Assembly: GCA_016179055.1 (NCBI GenBank)
Contig: JACOSC010000025.1
Location: 2,214 to 66,213 of the forward strand
Source: Acidobacteriota bacterium
GTDB lineage: Bacteria; Acidobacteriota; UBA6911; JACOSC01
Direction of reading: 5' to 3'
DNA length: 64,000 nt
In this document: in pieces, positions 39,101 to 48,870 of the stretch
Numbering within the stretch: the first letter of the stretch is position 1
Layout of the letters: every line of letters starts with the position of its first letter
Made by a program: the position numbers and the translations under genes
The notes under the pieces: generated by a model
Database searches by the model: none
The model's input: the letters and a program-made list of their open reading frames with translations, nothing else
What the model was told of the DNA's origin: nothing

Positions 39101-39730
39101 GAGATCTTCGTGCGCTTTATGAACGACCTGCCGTTCCAGAAGGTTGTAACGGCTTGGATGGCGTCAGAGGCCTACCGGCGGCTGCGGGCTTGCTCCGCCG
39201 ATGCCGGCGCCGGCAGCGATCAACGGTCGGGAACGTCAAGGCTTCGCATCGTTCGGCCGCGTCCCGAGGAGTGCTACGTCACTTGCGTTCCGCTCATTCC
39301 GCTTGAGGCGGCGGCGGGCGCGTTCAGCGACCCGCAACTCGTCGAGAACAGTGACTGGGAGTGGGTTGCCATCAACCCGACCCGCAAGCTCCGTCCGGGG
39401 ATGTTCGTCGCCCGGGTGGTCGGTAAGTCAATGGAACCGACTATTCCGGACGGTTCCTATTGCCTGTTCGCCACGCCCGTTACCGGCACGCGGCAAGGGA
39501 AGATCGTGCTTGTCCAGCTCCACGATGCCGCCGACCCCGAAACGGGTGAACGCTACACCGTAAAGCGCTACGAGAGCGGGAAGGTCCCCATTGAGGGATC
39601 GTGGCGTCACGCCAAGATCATCCTGAAGCCGATCAACCCCGACTTCGCGCCGATCGAACTCAGTGGCGCAGAGGAGGGCCAGCTCCAGGTTATCGCCGAA
39701 TGGCTCGTGGTCCTCGGTCGCGGCCAATGA
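36185..39730 (+). CDS. hsdR: Type I R-M restriction subunit with C-terminal S24 (LexA-like) peptidase domain
   Basis: D..ELK..QY nuclease motif, HSAGSGKS, DEAH, TATP, TGFD, QTLSRLNR; tail EAAAG..GKSMEP..YTVKRY; ATGA overlap. Confidence 0.93.
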   Translation: MTQTNEAAFETVIEAHFLANGYVWVSRDGFDRERAIFPEVVLDFIRQTQPKEWAKLEALHGDKTGEQILGDLCKWMDANGSIATLRHGFKCYGRTLHAAYFKAAHELNPELEARYAANRLGITRQLHFSSRSEKSLDVTLSLNGIPVATLELKNPLTGQTAEDARRQYKQDRDPREPIFEFKRRTLVHFSVDTEAVLMTTRLAGTATHFLPFDKGCGGGAGNPPDPAGRTYRTAYLWEEALQRDSLLDLLARFIHIQMEEKRAEDGRKVKTETMIFPRYHQLQAVRMLVEAARREGVGNNYLVEHSAGSGKSNTIGWLAHRLASLHDAANQRVFDSVIVVTDRVVLDQQLQDTIYQFEHKRGVVQKIDESSRQLAEALENAVPVVITTLQKFPFVSRQLLKMAEERGESGTGTLPTRRCAVIIDEAHSSQGGETATDLKEVLGGEALREEAKLKASDEGQEDMEELFRSMAKRGRQANLSFFAFTATPKHKTLAVFGRDGRPAHRYTMRQAIEEEFILDVLKHYTTYAVYIKLLKACSDDPNVERKKAAKALARFLRLHPHNIAQKTEVMVEHFNAVTRHRIGGRAKAMVVTGSRLEAVRYKQSFDRYIKEKGYPIKTLVSFSGTVQDDKLSNVTYTEEGMNLGIREKELPEKFATQEYHVLLVAEKYQTGFDQPLLHTMYVDKRLAGIQAVQTLSRLNRTHPLKEDTFVLDFVNDREEIREAFKTYYEGAEMGDEVDPARMYQLKGELDTSGIYLAEELERFCTVYFKPKQRQSAADHQAMNAALDPAVSRFTVRQRDDEDEAELWRGKVQAFRNLYGFLSQVIPYQDSDLERLYVFLRHLAAKLPRRRSGPAYQFDDEVRLEYYRLQKISEGSISLQDGDARRLDGPTDVGSGLVRLQPMPLSQLIDIVNERFGTDFNQADQLFFDQMVEAAMDDDGLRQAAAVNPGDKFELLFKNLLESLFVERMDQNEEIFVRFMNDLPFQKVVTAWMASEAYRRLRACSADAGAGSDQRSGTSRLRIVRPRPEECYVTCVPLIPLEAAAGAFSDPQLVENSDWEWVAINPTRKLRPGMFVARVVGKSMEPTIPDGSYCLFATPVTGTRQGKIVLVQLHDAADPETGERYTVKRYESGKVPIEGSWRHAKIILKPINPDFAPIELSGAEEGQLQVIAEWLVVLGRGQ

Positions 39731-39743
39731 CGACGCAAGGCGC

Positions 39744-39803
39744 GCCTAGCAACCGGTTGCCGCCGACGGCGCGGCACGCCGCCGCTGAACCGGCGCGTTG
39801 GCG
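39744..39803 (+). other. attC-like site after hsdR
   Basis: GCCTAGC AACCGGTTGCCGCCGACGGCGCGGCACGCCGCCGCTGAACCGGCGC GTTGGCG; 60 bp, CGAC bulge, AAC mutated to AGC. Confidence 0.55.
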
Positions 39804-40207
39804 AAGTTTTTAATACGTCAACGGCAGAGATTTTAGAGGGGCTAATAATTGTCTTAAAGTCGTGCGCCTGTCTCACAAAAGTCGGGGAGATGCGCCAGAG
39901 TTAGTCTAACTATTTTTGGCACATAACCTCTTATCTAGCGCCTACTCACTCATCTCGAGGGTCTTAGCCAACCGCAACCATACCGGCATATGTAGGTCAG
40001 CACTTAAACCGTTCGGAGGTCGAGAAGGCGCCGATCAGAAAGTTATCGTTTGAAATCGGATCAGGAAAACCTCCCGTCACAGATTTTAGAGAGCTTGGTG
40101 GCAACGGGCGGATAGGCGACTCGCTGGAGGCATGGACCCGAAAGGGCAGAAGTCCGTCGGCATCGCCAGTCCAGGACAGCACCGCGCCCTCATTTTACTC
40201 AGTTCTA

Positions 40208-40903
40208 TTATTGTTGCCCTGGACGCAGACGTTGTATAAGCTCTTCCGCCATAGGAACTAGAAATGTCCTTAGCTCTTCCAGGCCGAGCGGCTTAATCAT
40301 GCGCGGCAATTTGCGCAATTTTTGTACTCTGTGTAAGTTGGTCGCAAAGACAAGAGTACCGTCTTCGCCGTCGAACACCGCGTCCTTTTCACGCGCCCGA
40401 CCGATCAGGTAGTCCAGTGTATAGCGCGACTCTTTAAGAATGAAAAAGAGGTCACAGTAGTCCTTCAGGTCTGGTGGTTCTCTGCCATAGATCGCGCAGA
40501 TTTTGTTTACGGCTATATCCTCGAAAGAGTCCATGACAATTCGTTCGTGTGTTTGGGGCTCATCCATCTGTGCGGCCACGTCTTTAATAAACTCAAGCTT
40601 GAGCTGATTTTCTATCTGACCCTCCGGGTAGACAAAAAATCTTCCAAAGTCGGCGTCCGTCTCGGGCTGTTCATCGATAGTCAGTCCTACAGAGGCCAAA
40701 ATCTCCTGGACTTTTCTGAAGTCTTTATCCAGCGGGTCCGGCTTCCGGGTAAAAAAGTCCAAGTCATCCGAATAGCGATGTTGCAGGTAGAACTCAGACA
40801 ACGCGGTGCCGCCCGAAAGGAAATATCCTTCATCGCCGAATCCACGATCAAACAGGGCCATCAGCACTTTGCTTTGCAGATCGGTAAGAACTTTAAACGG
40901 CAT
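40208..40903 (-). CDS. AbiEii/AbiGii-family nucleotidyltransferase
   Basis: FLSGGTAL..YLQHRYSDDLDFF; NKICAI..R..KDYCDL. Confidence 0.88.
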   Translation of the reverse strand: MPFKVLTDLQSKVLMALFDRGFGDEGYFLSGGTALSEFYLQHRYSDDLDFFTRKPDPLDKDFRKVQEILASVGLTIDEQPETDADFGRFFVYPEGQIENQLKLEFIKDVAAQMDEPQTHERIVMDSFEDIAVNKICAIYGREPPDLKDYCDLFFILKESRYTLDYLIGRAREKDAVFDGEDGTLVFATNLHRVQKLRKLPRMIKPLGLEELRTFLVPMAEELIQRLRPGQQ

Positions 40904-43900
40904 GTCGCCAGACCTCAAGCGCCGCTTCCAGCATCTTGCGCTTTTTTTCCGGAAGATCCACTTGCGGCAACGCTTCTTCAATATCTTCGACGGTCAGCCA
41001 TCGCTTTGCATCTTTCCATGCGGCATATTTCAAAATCCGACCAATAGCCCAAATCCGCTGGTCGGAATTCTTGTCCTGAATGTACCGGCGCAGATCGTTT
41101 ACGTCTTCATCATAGTCCCATACGATCTGACGGGAGACTTCTCCTTCTAGGCGATTCATCACTTCACGCAGCCAGTCACGCGCGCGCGGTGGCGTGGCGG
41201 GGTCCTGCAATACACGCTCAATCTCACGCTTGCGCCCTTCGTAAAACCGCGACATAGGCCCTTCAATGATCGTTTCCTCTTGCTCTATGCCTGCAGTCAG
41301 CCGGCGGCGCAATATTTCGTCATTGGGGTACATCTCAACCAGCTTGAACGCCAGGGGCCAGAATCCGGGTTTGGCGCCGGTCAAGCCGTTAGCGACGGCG
41401 CGTGCAGACTCTTCGCCCTTCCTGGCAAAATCGAGCAGCAGGTTTCCGTCACTTTCTTGGTCAAGCAGACCTTTCAGATCAAAGAAAAGGGAGGTATCCG
41501 TTTGAGCAACGTTCAGAACCAACTCAATAAGACGTCCTCTGTTATTACGGTAAAGGATTTCCCAGAATTTATGGGTGTCATAGGGGTCTAGAGGGTTCCA
41601 CTGCTTCTCCGAAATCTCGGACTGTTGGATAAGCTTTTCGAGAAACTTAAATCCGCGCTCCGTATCATCTTGCGCCAGACCGGCGGCCAATTGATCAAAG
41701 TGCCGACCGCTGGTTGATGACGCAACCGGTAGTTCGTGTTCCAGGCAACACCAGGCAAACTCGGCCAAGCTGCCTTTCAACGCATGACCACCTTGTACCC
41801 AAAAAGCTAACTGGCGAACGGCAACCGCGGCATATTCAAAATACTCGCCGGCAATTACCTTTAGAAGCTGCTCGAGCTGATCTGCCATATCGGCGCGAAA
41901 TTCAAGGGTGTCTGCAACGTATTTCGGAGTAACCTGTTTATTCTGAATCAGAGTCTTAACACGTGTTACAGTCGTCGGACCTACGCCAAGCCAAGCGGTG
42001 GCTTGCACAATAGCCGCTCCAAAGGGAGCACCCGAATCGGTTAATTCGTCCAGACGCGCCTCTGCCGCTTCTCGGTCCCGCTGCGCCCAACCTTGCCAGT
42101 AGGCGGCAAAGGCGCGCACGCTCTCGGGCTCGGGTTGTGCGCCAAATTCCTCTATGCGGTTTTGATAGCTCAACTCTTTATCCGCGCTTCCAAGAAAGAA
42201 GAAAAAAGTGCTGGATTTCTGCGCGGATGGAGATACTAGCCATGCCACTAAATCAGCCGTTAGAAGGCTGGGTTCCTTAACCACATCACAGGCTAGCGCT
42301 TTGAGCTCGTGCGCGAAACGCGGATGGTCATCAGCCAAGATACCGCCACTCATATCATTTCCTGCCCAGCGTTTCAATCGTATGGCGAAGCCTGCTTGCC
42401 CCAGACTGTCTTCTAACTGTTGCAAGCCGGTAATACATTGGCGAAACCTATTCTGCAGATCGGATGGTAGCGTTACTGCTCCTTGTTCAAGTTGTTTAGA
42501 AAGATGCTCTCGCATTAAGCGAAGCGCCCTAAGAAGTGACGCTATATCAAGGCCGGCCTTGTCGGAACGAGCCCATTCCACGAGTTTTTTAAACAGTTCC
42601 AATGCCTCCTGATCCTGGCCAGCGCGAATACCTAATTGTGCAGTTAACCACGGCAATTTATCAAGTGCCGCTTTCGCAACCTCATCACTCTGGTTCGCGA
42701 GGCACATCAGAATATCCACCAGATTACAAGCATAGTCGTAAAAGTCATTGTACGTAAAGTCCGGCTTCCAGTCTAAGGGCTCTGAACCGGTACTCTGGCG
42801 AGCGCGGAACCACTTGTCAACCCAAGCGGCGGCCACCGCTTTAACAACAACTAGCTTTCCTTCCTTTGAAGCCTTGTCCGAGATGAATTCGTTAAGCAAC
42901 TCGATCCGCTCACCAAGAGGAAGCGGCATCTGGGGATGGGACGGATGAAAACATTCGATCAGCACTCCGGTTGCATTATTAGCATAGGTTTCATTCTCAG
43001 CCTCTGCCAACAGCCATAACAGGCGGACAGATCTCCGACTCGTACTTGCGCGAAAGATCAACTGCTCAAGCGTCCTTACGAGTTCACGGCGTTCGTTATC
43101 TGCGATCCCAAGTCGAGTTTCCCTGTTGCTGTTTAGTAAACCGGATTCGAGCAAGCGTACTGTGTAATCCGGTACAGTACCTGCAACCAGCGTCAATAGT
43201 TTTGCATTTTTAAGGGCCGCCTGAAAATTCTCTAGTGGGCCGCTGTGTGTAGAAAATTCCTTCCAAAACCGTGCTACCTCATCTCCAGTTACGCCGCTAA
43301 GCCTTTTTAACAAACGAATACGTCCTGGCTCGTCCAGCCTTCCAAATAAGGCAAGCATCACTTGTTGCCGTCCTTGCAGAAGTTTTGAAACCAGAGAATT
43401 GGCGAGCATGGGAATGGTTATCGCGACAAAGGATCCTCCGCGTTTCGCCAATCCCGCCTTTTCGAGTTCTGGCAATTTTAAAAGCACATTATGCCGATCC
43501 CATCCTTCCCCAAACAATTCGCAAATGACGTTAAGTTCATTTTCAAAGGCTCCGGAAATCCCCACATGCGTCAGAAGCGAGAACAACTGAGCACCGTGGA
43601 GCGCATCGGGACCGAGTTCTTTTTTGATCCGATCCTCGAATTCCTGCCCTACTTGCTCGGCGAAGTCCTCTGACGTGTCTCGCAATTTGTTTCCAACACT
43701 AGCAGCCACCAGGAGCACTCCCGGAACTCCACCGGCATTACGGATAATCCAATCCTCAATGGAAAAATCCAAAGGCCGGCCGGCAGCTCTCAGAAGCTTT
43801 CGGGCATTTTCTTCCGAGAGGGGCTGAAGATGTACAGACTGTACCCGTTCATCGCGCCCGTAAGACGGCGCGGGGGCGTTGGCTGAGGTGGGCAACGTTA

Positions 43901-44825
43901 TGATTAGTTTTAAGGTCGGTAACGTCAGCGCCTCACTCACCAATAAATCAATCGATTCCGAATCCGGGTCCTCAACGATGCATAGGATCTCGCCCTTATC
44001 CGAAACGAGCTGTCGGTAATCGTTCAGAGCCATGGAGCGCGGGTCAAGCGCCTGGACGACATAGTGGGGTCGGTGTCGAGTGGCTTCTAGAGCAAGACGG
44101 CTCTTTCCAACATCGTGCGGCCCAGTCAGAACTACCACGCGTACTCGCGGATCGTCAACCAACAATTTAAGACGATTAAGCTCGCCCTCCCGACCTGTGA
44201 GTTCGACATCTGCCCCATTATGCTTTTGACTTTGGTGTGCTTGGTAAGCCTCTTGCCAGGTCTTGAAAGATTCGCGAGTAAAGTAGGCGGCGCGTAGATG
44301 TGGATTGTCATTTAGAAGCACGGCTAATTCCGCTGCGCCCACGATTTCCACATGAACCATGGATGAATTCGCGTATCCATCCAAAATGGCCTTTTTTATC
44401 GGAGGTTTGCCATCATGATTTAGATCTGCATTGACGAAGAGAACGTATCGGTCCGGGTGCCGTCCGTTTCTTTCAGTCAGATCCTTCACAGCCCCTTTGA
44501 GCGACGATTTTAAATTAGAAATGACTGCTCGACGTCCATCGGCGATCAGGTCACGCTTCTTGTATTGAAACACATTCCAACCGGGACCAAGAATCGGCGT
44601 TGGCAGCGCATGACCATCATCGGGAAGCACGATGTCCCACTCGGCGTCAATGCCTTTATCCTTCGCATTGACACGCGCAGTAAACGAAGGTAGCTTTGGG
44701 CAAGCCCGTCCCGATGCGGCCCAGGCCAGGGCATCGCACAGCGACGCAAATCGATCCGGGGGCCACTCGCTGGTCCACTGTTCCAGGTGGCGTCCAGTAA
44801 TCGCTTGTCCAATCAATAAAGCCAT
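40893..44825 (-). CDS. Large nuclease-STAND NTPase protein with C-terminal antitoxin-like domain
   Basis: DKGIDA..FQYK (Mrr/PD-(D/E)xK-like); TGREGEL, GPHDVGKS (Walker A), CIVED (Walker B), GGVPG; long helical region; WDYD..IWAIGRILKY..ALEVW tail. Confidence 0.75.
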   Translation of the reverse strand: MALLIGQAITGRHLEQWTSEWPPDRFASLCDALAWAASGRACPKLPSFTARVNAKDKGIDAEWDIVLPDDGHALPTPILGPGWNVFQYKKRDLIADGRRAVISNLKSSLKGAVKDLTERNGRHPDRYVLFVNADLNHDGKPPIKKAILDGYANSSMVHVEIVGAAELAVLLNDNPHLRAAYFTRESFKTWQEAYQAHQSQKHNGADVELTGREGELNRLKLLVDDPRVRVVVLTGPHDVGKSRLALEATRHRPHYVVQALDPRSMALNDYRQLVSDKGEILCIVEDPDSESIDLLVSEALTLPTLKLIITLPTSANAPAPSYGRDERVQSVHLQPLSEENARKLLRAAGRPLDFSIEDWIIRNAGGVPGVLLVAASVGNKLRDTSEDFAEQVGQEFEDRIKKELGPDALHGAQLFSLLTHVGISGAFENELNVICELFGEGWDRHNVLLKLPELEKAGLAKRGGSFVAITIPMLANSLVSKLLQGRQQVMLALFGRLDEPGRIRLLKRLSGVTGDEVARFWKEFSTHSGPLENFQAALKNAKLLTLVAGTVPDYTVRLLESGLLNSNRETRLGIADNERRELVRTLEQLIFRASTSRRSVRLLWLLAEAENETYANNATGVLIECFHPSHPQMPLPLGERIELLNEFISDKASKEGKLVVVKAVAAAWVDKWFRARQSTGSEPLDWKPDFTYNDFYDYACNLVDILMCLANQSDEVAKAALDKLPWLTAQLGIRAGQDQEALELFKKLVEWARSDKAGLDIASLLRALRLMREHLSKQLEQGAVTLPSDLQNRFRQCITGLQQLEDSLGQAGFAIRLKRWAGNDMSGGILADDHPRFAHELKALACDVVKEPSLLTADLVAWLVSPSAQKSSTFFFFLGSADKELSYQNRIEEFGAQPEPESVRAFAAYWQGWAQRDREAAEARLDELTDSGAPFGAAIVQATAWLGVGPTTVTRVKTLIQNKQVTPKYVADTLEFRADMADQLEQLLKVIAGEYFEYAAVAVRQLAFWVQGGHALKGSLAEFAWCCLEHELPVASSTSGRHFDQLAAGLAQDDTERGFKFLEKLIQQSEISEKQWNPLDPYDTHKFWEILYRNNRGRLIELVLNVAQTDTSLFFDLKGLLDQESDGNLLLDFARKGEESARAVANGLTGAKPGFWPLAFKLVEMYPNDEILRRRLTAGIEQEETIIEGPMSRFYEGRKREIERVLQDPATPPRARDWLREVMNRLEGEVSRQIVWDYDEDVNDLRRYIQDKNSDQRIWAIGRILKYAAWKDAKRWLTVEDIEEALPQVDLPEKKRKMLEAALEVWRHAV

Positions 44826-45355
44826 AGCAGAAATACTCTTAACGATTCGATCTCTTCGGAAAAACTATATCAAATGGCCGACGGGAAATCCAATTTCGGA
44901 AAGGAGCGCCTTAAATTTGTATAGGCCAAGCTTCCCTGCCTGCCACTCCACCCGGCGCCGCGCCGACTTTCTCTCTTGCGCTTTGTGCGCTTTTTTGCGG
45001 TCCATTATTTCTTGTCGTAAAGAGGCACAAGAAGCGCAAGACTATGCTTTCCGCATTTTGGATTTAACTAAAACCCATGAAATTTGTCTAACTCCAATCA
45101 GGCCTTTGTTGCGGTATCCTCGGGCTTGTGCGTTCACGTGGTATTATAGGAATCCGTGACGGCGCGGGTGTGGGGCACGGATTGCCGCCGTCGTCATCGA
45201 CATCTTCTGCTGCTGCCCTTCGGGGTTTGTCCTCGGCGCTCAAACAGGTCTCCTTATTGCCAAGCTCTGTTCGAGACACAGGGAAGATTTTGTGCGAGGG
45301 GAGAAGCAGAGCCGGGACATTACAAAAGGTAATGACCCAGAGTACGGGAGTTCAC

Positions 45356-46225
45356 ATGCTGATACTATCTCGATCGCTTCTACGCAGGGTCGCTTGGGCC
45401 GCCCTTAGTTTTATTATTCTGGGCTATGCGGCGCCGGCCGCAGAAGAATCTGCCGAAAAGTCGCTCGAGTGGAGCGGTTCCGTGGGTGTGTTCTCCAATT
45501 ATATCGCGCGCGGCTTATCGCAATCCTGGGGAAAACCGGTGTTACAGGCCGAGGTAGACGCGGCCCACAAAAGCGGATTTATCTTTGGCGCCTTTGCCTC
45601 ATCCCTTAGCCGGAACCTCTATCCGGGCGGCCATACTGAAATCGACGCCTGGGTGGGGTATGAGTACCCGTTGTCGGAGGAAATGGCCGTCAGTGTCGAG
45701 GCCTTCTATTATGCTTTCCCGAAAGCCAATATCAGCAAGGCCACTTGCGGGGTAGCCATCCCCTGTCCGAGCCGGCCGCATAGCTTTAACACGGCTCAGG
45801 TACGGGTCGGGACCACGTGGCACGGTGTCACTCTCCGCCTGGATTATTCTCTTACCGATTATTTCGCTGATTCTCGGCCAACCGGCTTTGCCGGGAGCAC
45901 GCGTGGGACTATGTACTGGGAGCTTAATTTCAAACAAGCGCTTCCACGGACGCAAAGTTGGACGCTTATGTCGCATCTTGGTGCTACGCGATTTCCAGTA
46001 AAATACGCGATAGCCGGTACGGGGATTAGTCAGAATCCTAATTACTGGGATTGGCATGCGGGAGTGGCGAAGGAATTTAAGGGTAAGCTGATGGGATGGC
46101 GCGCAAGTCTTCTCGGCGCCGGGGCCCTCGGTCGTTCGTTCGATAGTACTCCCTCGCTGATTAGCGTACGTTCAAAGGATCTTGGAAAACCCGTATTGGT
46201 CCTGGGTATCGAAAGGGCGTTTTGA
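45356..46225 (+). CDS. TorF-family putative outer-membrane porin
   Basis: Signal peptide; SNYIARGLSQSWGKPVLQ, EIDAWVGY, YWDW; terminal Phe. Confidence 0.75.
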   Translation: MLILSRSLLRRVAWAALSFIILGYAAPAAEESAEKSLEWSGSVGVFSNYIARGLSQSWGKPVLQAEVDAAHKSGFIFGAFASSLSRNLYPGGHTEIDAWVGYEYPLSEEMAVSVEAFYYAFPKANISKATCGVAIPCPSRPHSFNTAQVRVGTTWHGVTLRLDYSLTDYFADSRPTGFAGSTRGTMYWELNFKQALPRTQSWTLMSHLGATRFPVKYAIAGTGISQNPNYWDWHAGVAKEFKGKLMGWRASLLGAGALGRSFDSTPSLISVRSKDLGKPVLVLGIERAF

Positions 46226-46342
46226 AAAAGTCTGGCGGTTCCAAAGTAAGGTTGATATCACCTGAATTTTGCACGACAAGGAGGTTTCTCTAACAAATGA
46301 TCCATTTTTGTCCGGCTCTGCTTGTTCGCGCGGATCCGTGCA

Positions 46343-46400
46343 AAAAAATTTTTGCACGGACGATCATCACCACGGAGGGTAACTTAGCGATGACTGTGCG
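46343..46400. repeat. Second copy of the 58-bp dispersed repeat
   Basis: Reverse complement of 19593-19650. Confidence 0.85.
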
Positions 46401-46446
46401 CAGGAGCGGCCTGTTTATCGCAAGAATGCATGTGTGAGTTCGAACA

Positions 46447-46572
46447 AGCCCCGTAGGGGCGGCCTGTGTAAGGTTGATTTCGTCGACGAACGCGTCCGGA
46501 CAGGTCGCTCCTACGGAGCTTTAGGACCTACCATAGGAATCGCTACTATAAGCAGGCCGCCCCTACGGGGCT
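46447..46572. repeat. REP-like palindrome
   Basis: AGCCCCGTAGGGGCGGCCTG ... CAGGCCGCCCCTACGGGGCT, with a third unit at ~46501-46520. Confidence 0.75.
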
Positions 46573-47425
46573 GAGACGCATTGCCTGAGTAGTTACGATA
46601 TTAATCTATATTGCCTCCCCCACGCACCTCAGAACCAACACGTTTATATTCTCTACGGCGGATGCGGCTAGATAAATTTCTAAATTACATGTCCGGATGA
46701 AAAATTTATATTGACTTTTGCGCTCTCATAATTTATAAATATAAACATAACTGACCAATGGTTGGGCGTAGTTAGTCCTTTCTGTTTTTTTCAAATCAAA
46801 CACTCAGCAGGCAACGATAATGTGTTTGTTACGGTATACCCTTTAGATCAACACCACATGTCAGTTGTACCGGTTTAACAAATGCCGATGTAGTGACCAG
46901 ATCTGTGTAAACTTAATTTTTTATACTGGCAATCTGACCACCGCCCAGGAGGCGTCGGGAAGGAACGCACCCGTAGTCTTCATTTTTCTTGACGCTCCTC
47001 TGGTGCTACGCCAGTCTCAAGGCTGTCTGGACCGTAGTCACCAGTTAAGGTTTCCCGCTTGCCACCGCTGCGGCGGTGTCACTGAGTTTTACTTTTAACA
47101 ACAGGCTCCGGTAATGGTGCAACGCGACGCACCCGTTTGGGCCTCGGTCCGAACTGCGGTCATGTTGTCCCTTATATGGAGTGGCGACTGTTGTAATTTC
47201 ACCACGAGCCTGGCTCTACTGAACAGGGTTTAGCGCGACAACTGGCAGAAAAAACAAACGCTTCGAGTCCGCTACGTCGAATCCGTGCCATGGAGCGGCT
47301 CGGATTTTCTTCGTATCAGCGATGAGATCACGGCTGTTGTCTATGCGCCGTTCGATCTCGAGCACATTCCACGCAATCCCATGGGATTAGCCGCGCCGCG
47401 GCGCCGCGTGCAGTAGGAGGAACGA

Positions 47426-48865
47426 ATGATGATACAAGGCAGGACAGAAGGTTATGACTTAGAGACCGTGCCTAACTTGAAGCCCCCGGCGGGCCCCGAG
47501 GCGCTCGAGCACATGAACCTGCTGCAGGGCGAGTTCTGGCGGAAGGTTCCCGCCTACCGAGAGATCGACGAGGCTACGTTTCTCGACCACCTGTGGCAAT
47601 ACCGGCACTCGGTGAAAACGCCAAAGGAACTGACCGATACCGTACAGGATCTCGTATCGGCGTCGTTCCTAGAGGACCTGCAGGCCGGCTTCTATCGCGC
47701 GCCGATGAATGTACGCGTCTCGCCATACGTGATGGCGCTCATTGACTGGACCAACCCTTACGACGATCCGATTCGCACTCAGTTTATTCCGCTGGCCTCG
47801 CGGCTGCTGCCCGATCACCCCAAGTTGACACTCGATTCGCTCCATGAGCAGGAGGACTCCCCGGTACCCGGCATGACCCACCGCTACGCCGACAAGGCCC
47901 TGTTTCTTCCCACCAGCGTATGCCCGGTGTACTGCCGGTTTTGCACGCGCTCGTACGCCATCGGCGGTGACACCGACGTCGTTGAAAAGGCGGAATTGGC
48001 CACCGATCCCAAGCGCTGGCAGCAAGCCTTTGCCTACATCGCCTCCCATCCCGAATTGCAAGACATCGTCATCTCCGGCGGCGACACTTATCAGTTGCCG
48101 GCCAAAAGCCTGAAGAAAATCGGCGACGCCCTGCTCGACATTCCCAACGTACGGCGCATGCGCTTTGCCTCCAAAGGTGTGGCGATTCTGCCGAGCAAGA
48201 TCCTCACCGACCACGCCTGGGTAGACGCACTCTGCTCGGTCGTTCAGCGTGGCCGTTCGATGGGAAAGGACGTCGTCCTTCACACGCACTTCAACAGCCC
48301 GAACGAGATCACGTGGATAACGGAGAAAGCGATGCGTCGGCTGTTCGAGCGCGGGGTGACCGTGCGCAACCAGTCAGTACTGATACGCGGCGTCAATGAC
48401 GATAAGGAAACGATGCGGCTGCTCGTGCGGCGTCTCGGCTATCTCAACGCGCATCCCTACTATGTCTACTTGCATGACATGGTCAAGGGCGTGGAAGACT
48501 TGCGCACTACTGTGCAGACCGCCATCGACATTGAAAAGTTCGTCCGCGGCTGCACGGCCGGTTATAACACGCCGACGTTCGTCTGCGACGCGCCCGGCGG
48601 CGGCGGTAAGCGCGACGTACATTCCTACGACTATTACGATCGCGAGAACGGCATCGCCGTTTACAGCGCACCCGGGGTAAAGCCCAACCAGTGGTTCCTG
48701 TACTTCGATCCGTTAACGCAACTGGAACCGCAGGCGCGGCGCCGCTGGACGGACCCGGCGAACCATCGAGCGATGATCGAGGCCGCACTGGCCCAGGCCA
48801 AGCGTTGTGACGCCTTTGACCTGAGGCCGGTCTCCTTTGCAAGCGCGAACACAGAAATCAGGTAG
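47426..48865 (+). CDS. KamA-family radical SAM/PLP 2,3-aminomutase
   Basis: HRYADK, CPVYCRFCTR, ISGGD, NQSVL, YYVYLHD, FVCDAPGGGGK; AGGAGG RBS. Confidence 0.9.
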   Translation: MMIQGRTEGYDLETVPNLKPPAGPEALEHMNLLQGEFWRKVPAYREIDEATFLDHLWQYRHSVKTPKELTDTVQDLVSASFLEDLQAGFYRAPMNVRVSPYVMALIDWTNPYDDPIRTQFIPLASRLLPDHPKLTLDSLHEQEDSPVPGMTHRYADKALFLPTSVCPVYCRFCTRSYAIGGDTDVVEKAELATDPKRWQQAFAYIASHPELQDIVISGGDTYQLPAKSLKKIGDALLDIPNVRRMRFASKGVAILPSKILTDHAWVDALCSVVQRGRSMGKDVVLHTHFNSPNEITWITEKAMRRLFERGVTVRNQSVLIRGVNDDKETMRLLVRRLGYLNAHPYYVYLHDMVKGVEDLRTTVQTAIDIEKFVRGCTAGYNTPTFVCDAPGGGGKRDVHSYDYYDRENGIAVYSAPGVKPNQWFLYFDPLTQLEPQARRRWTDPANHRAMIEAALAQAKRCDAFDLRPVSFASANTEIR

Positions 48866-48870
48866 GAGCT

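Noticed and set aside
46600-47425. Possible riboswitch or ncRNA in the long kamA leader
   Set aside because: No lysine, SAM or other aptamer consensus recognised by eye; only a weak TTGACT-17-TATAAA promoter at 46711-46739. An Rfam scan would settle it.
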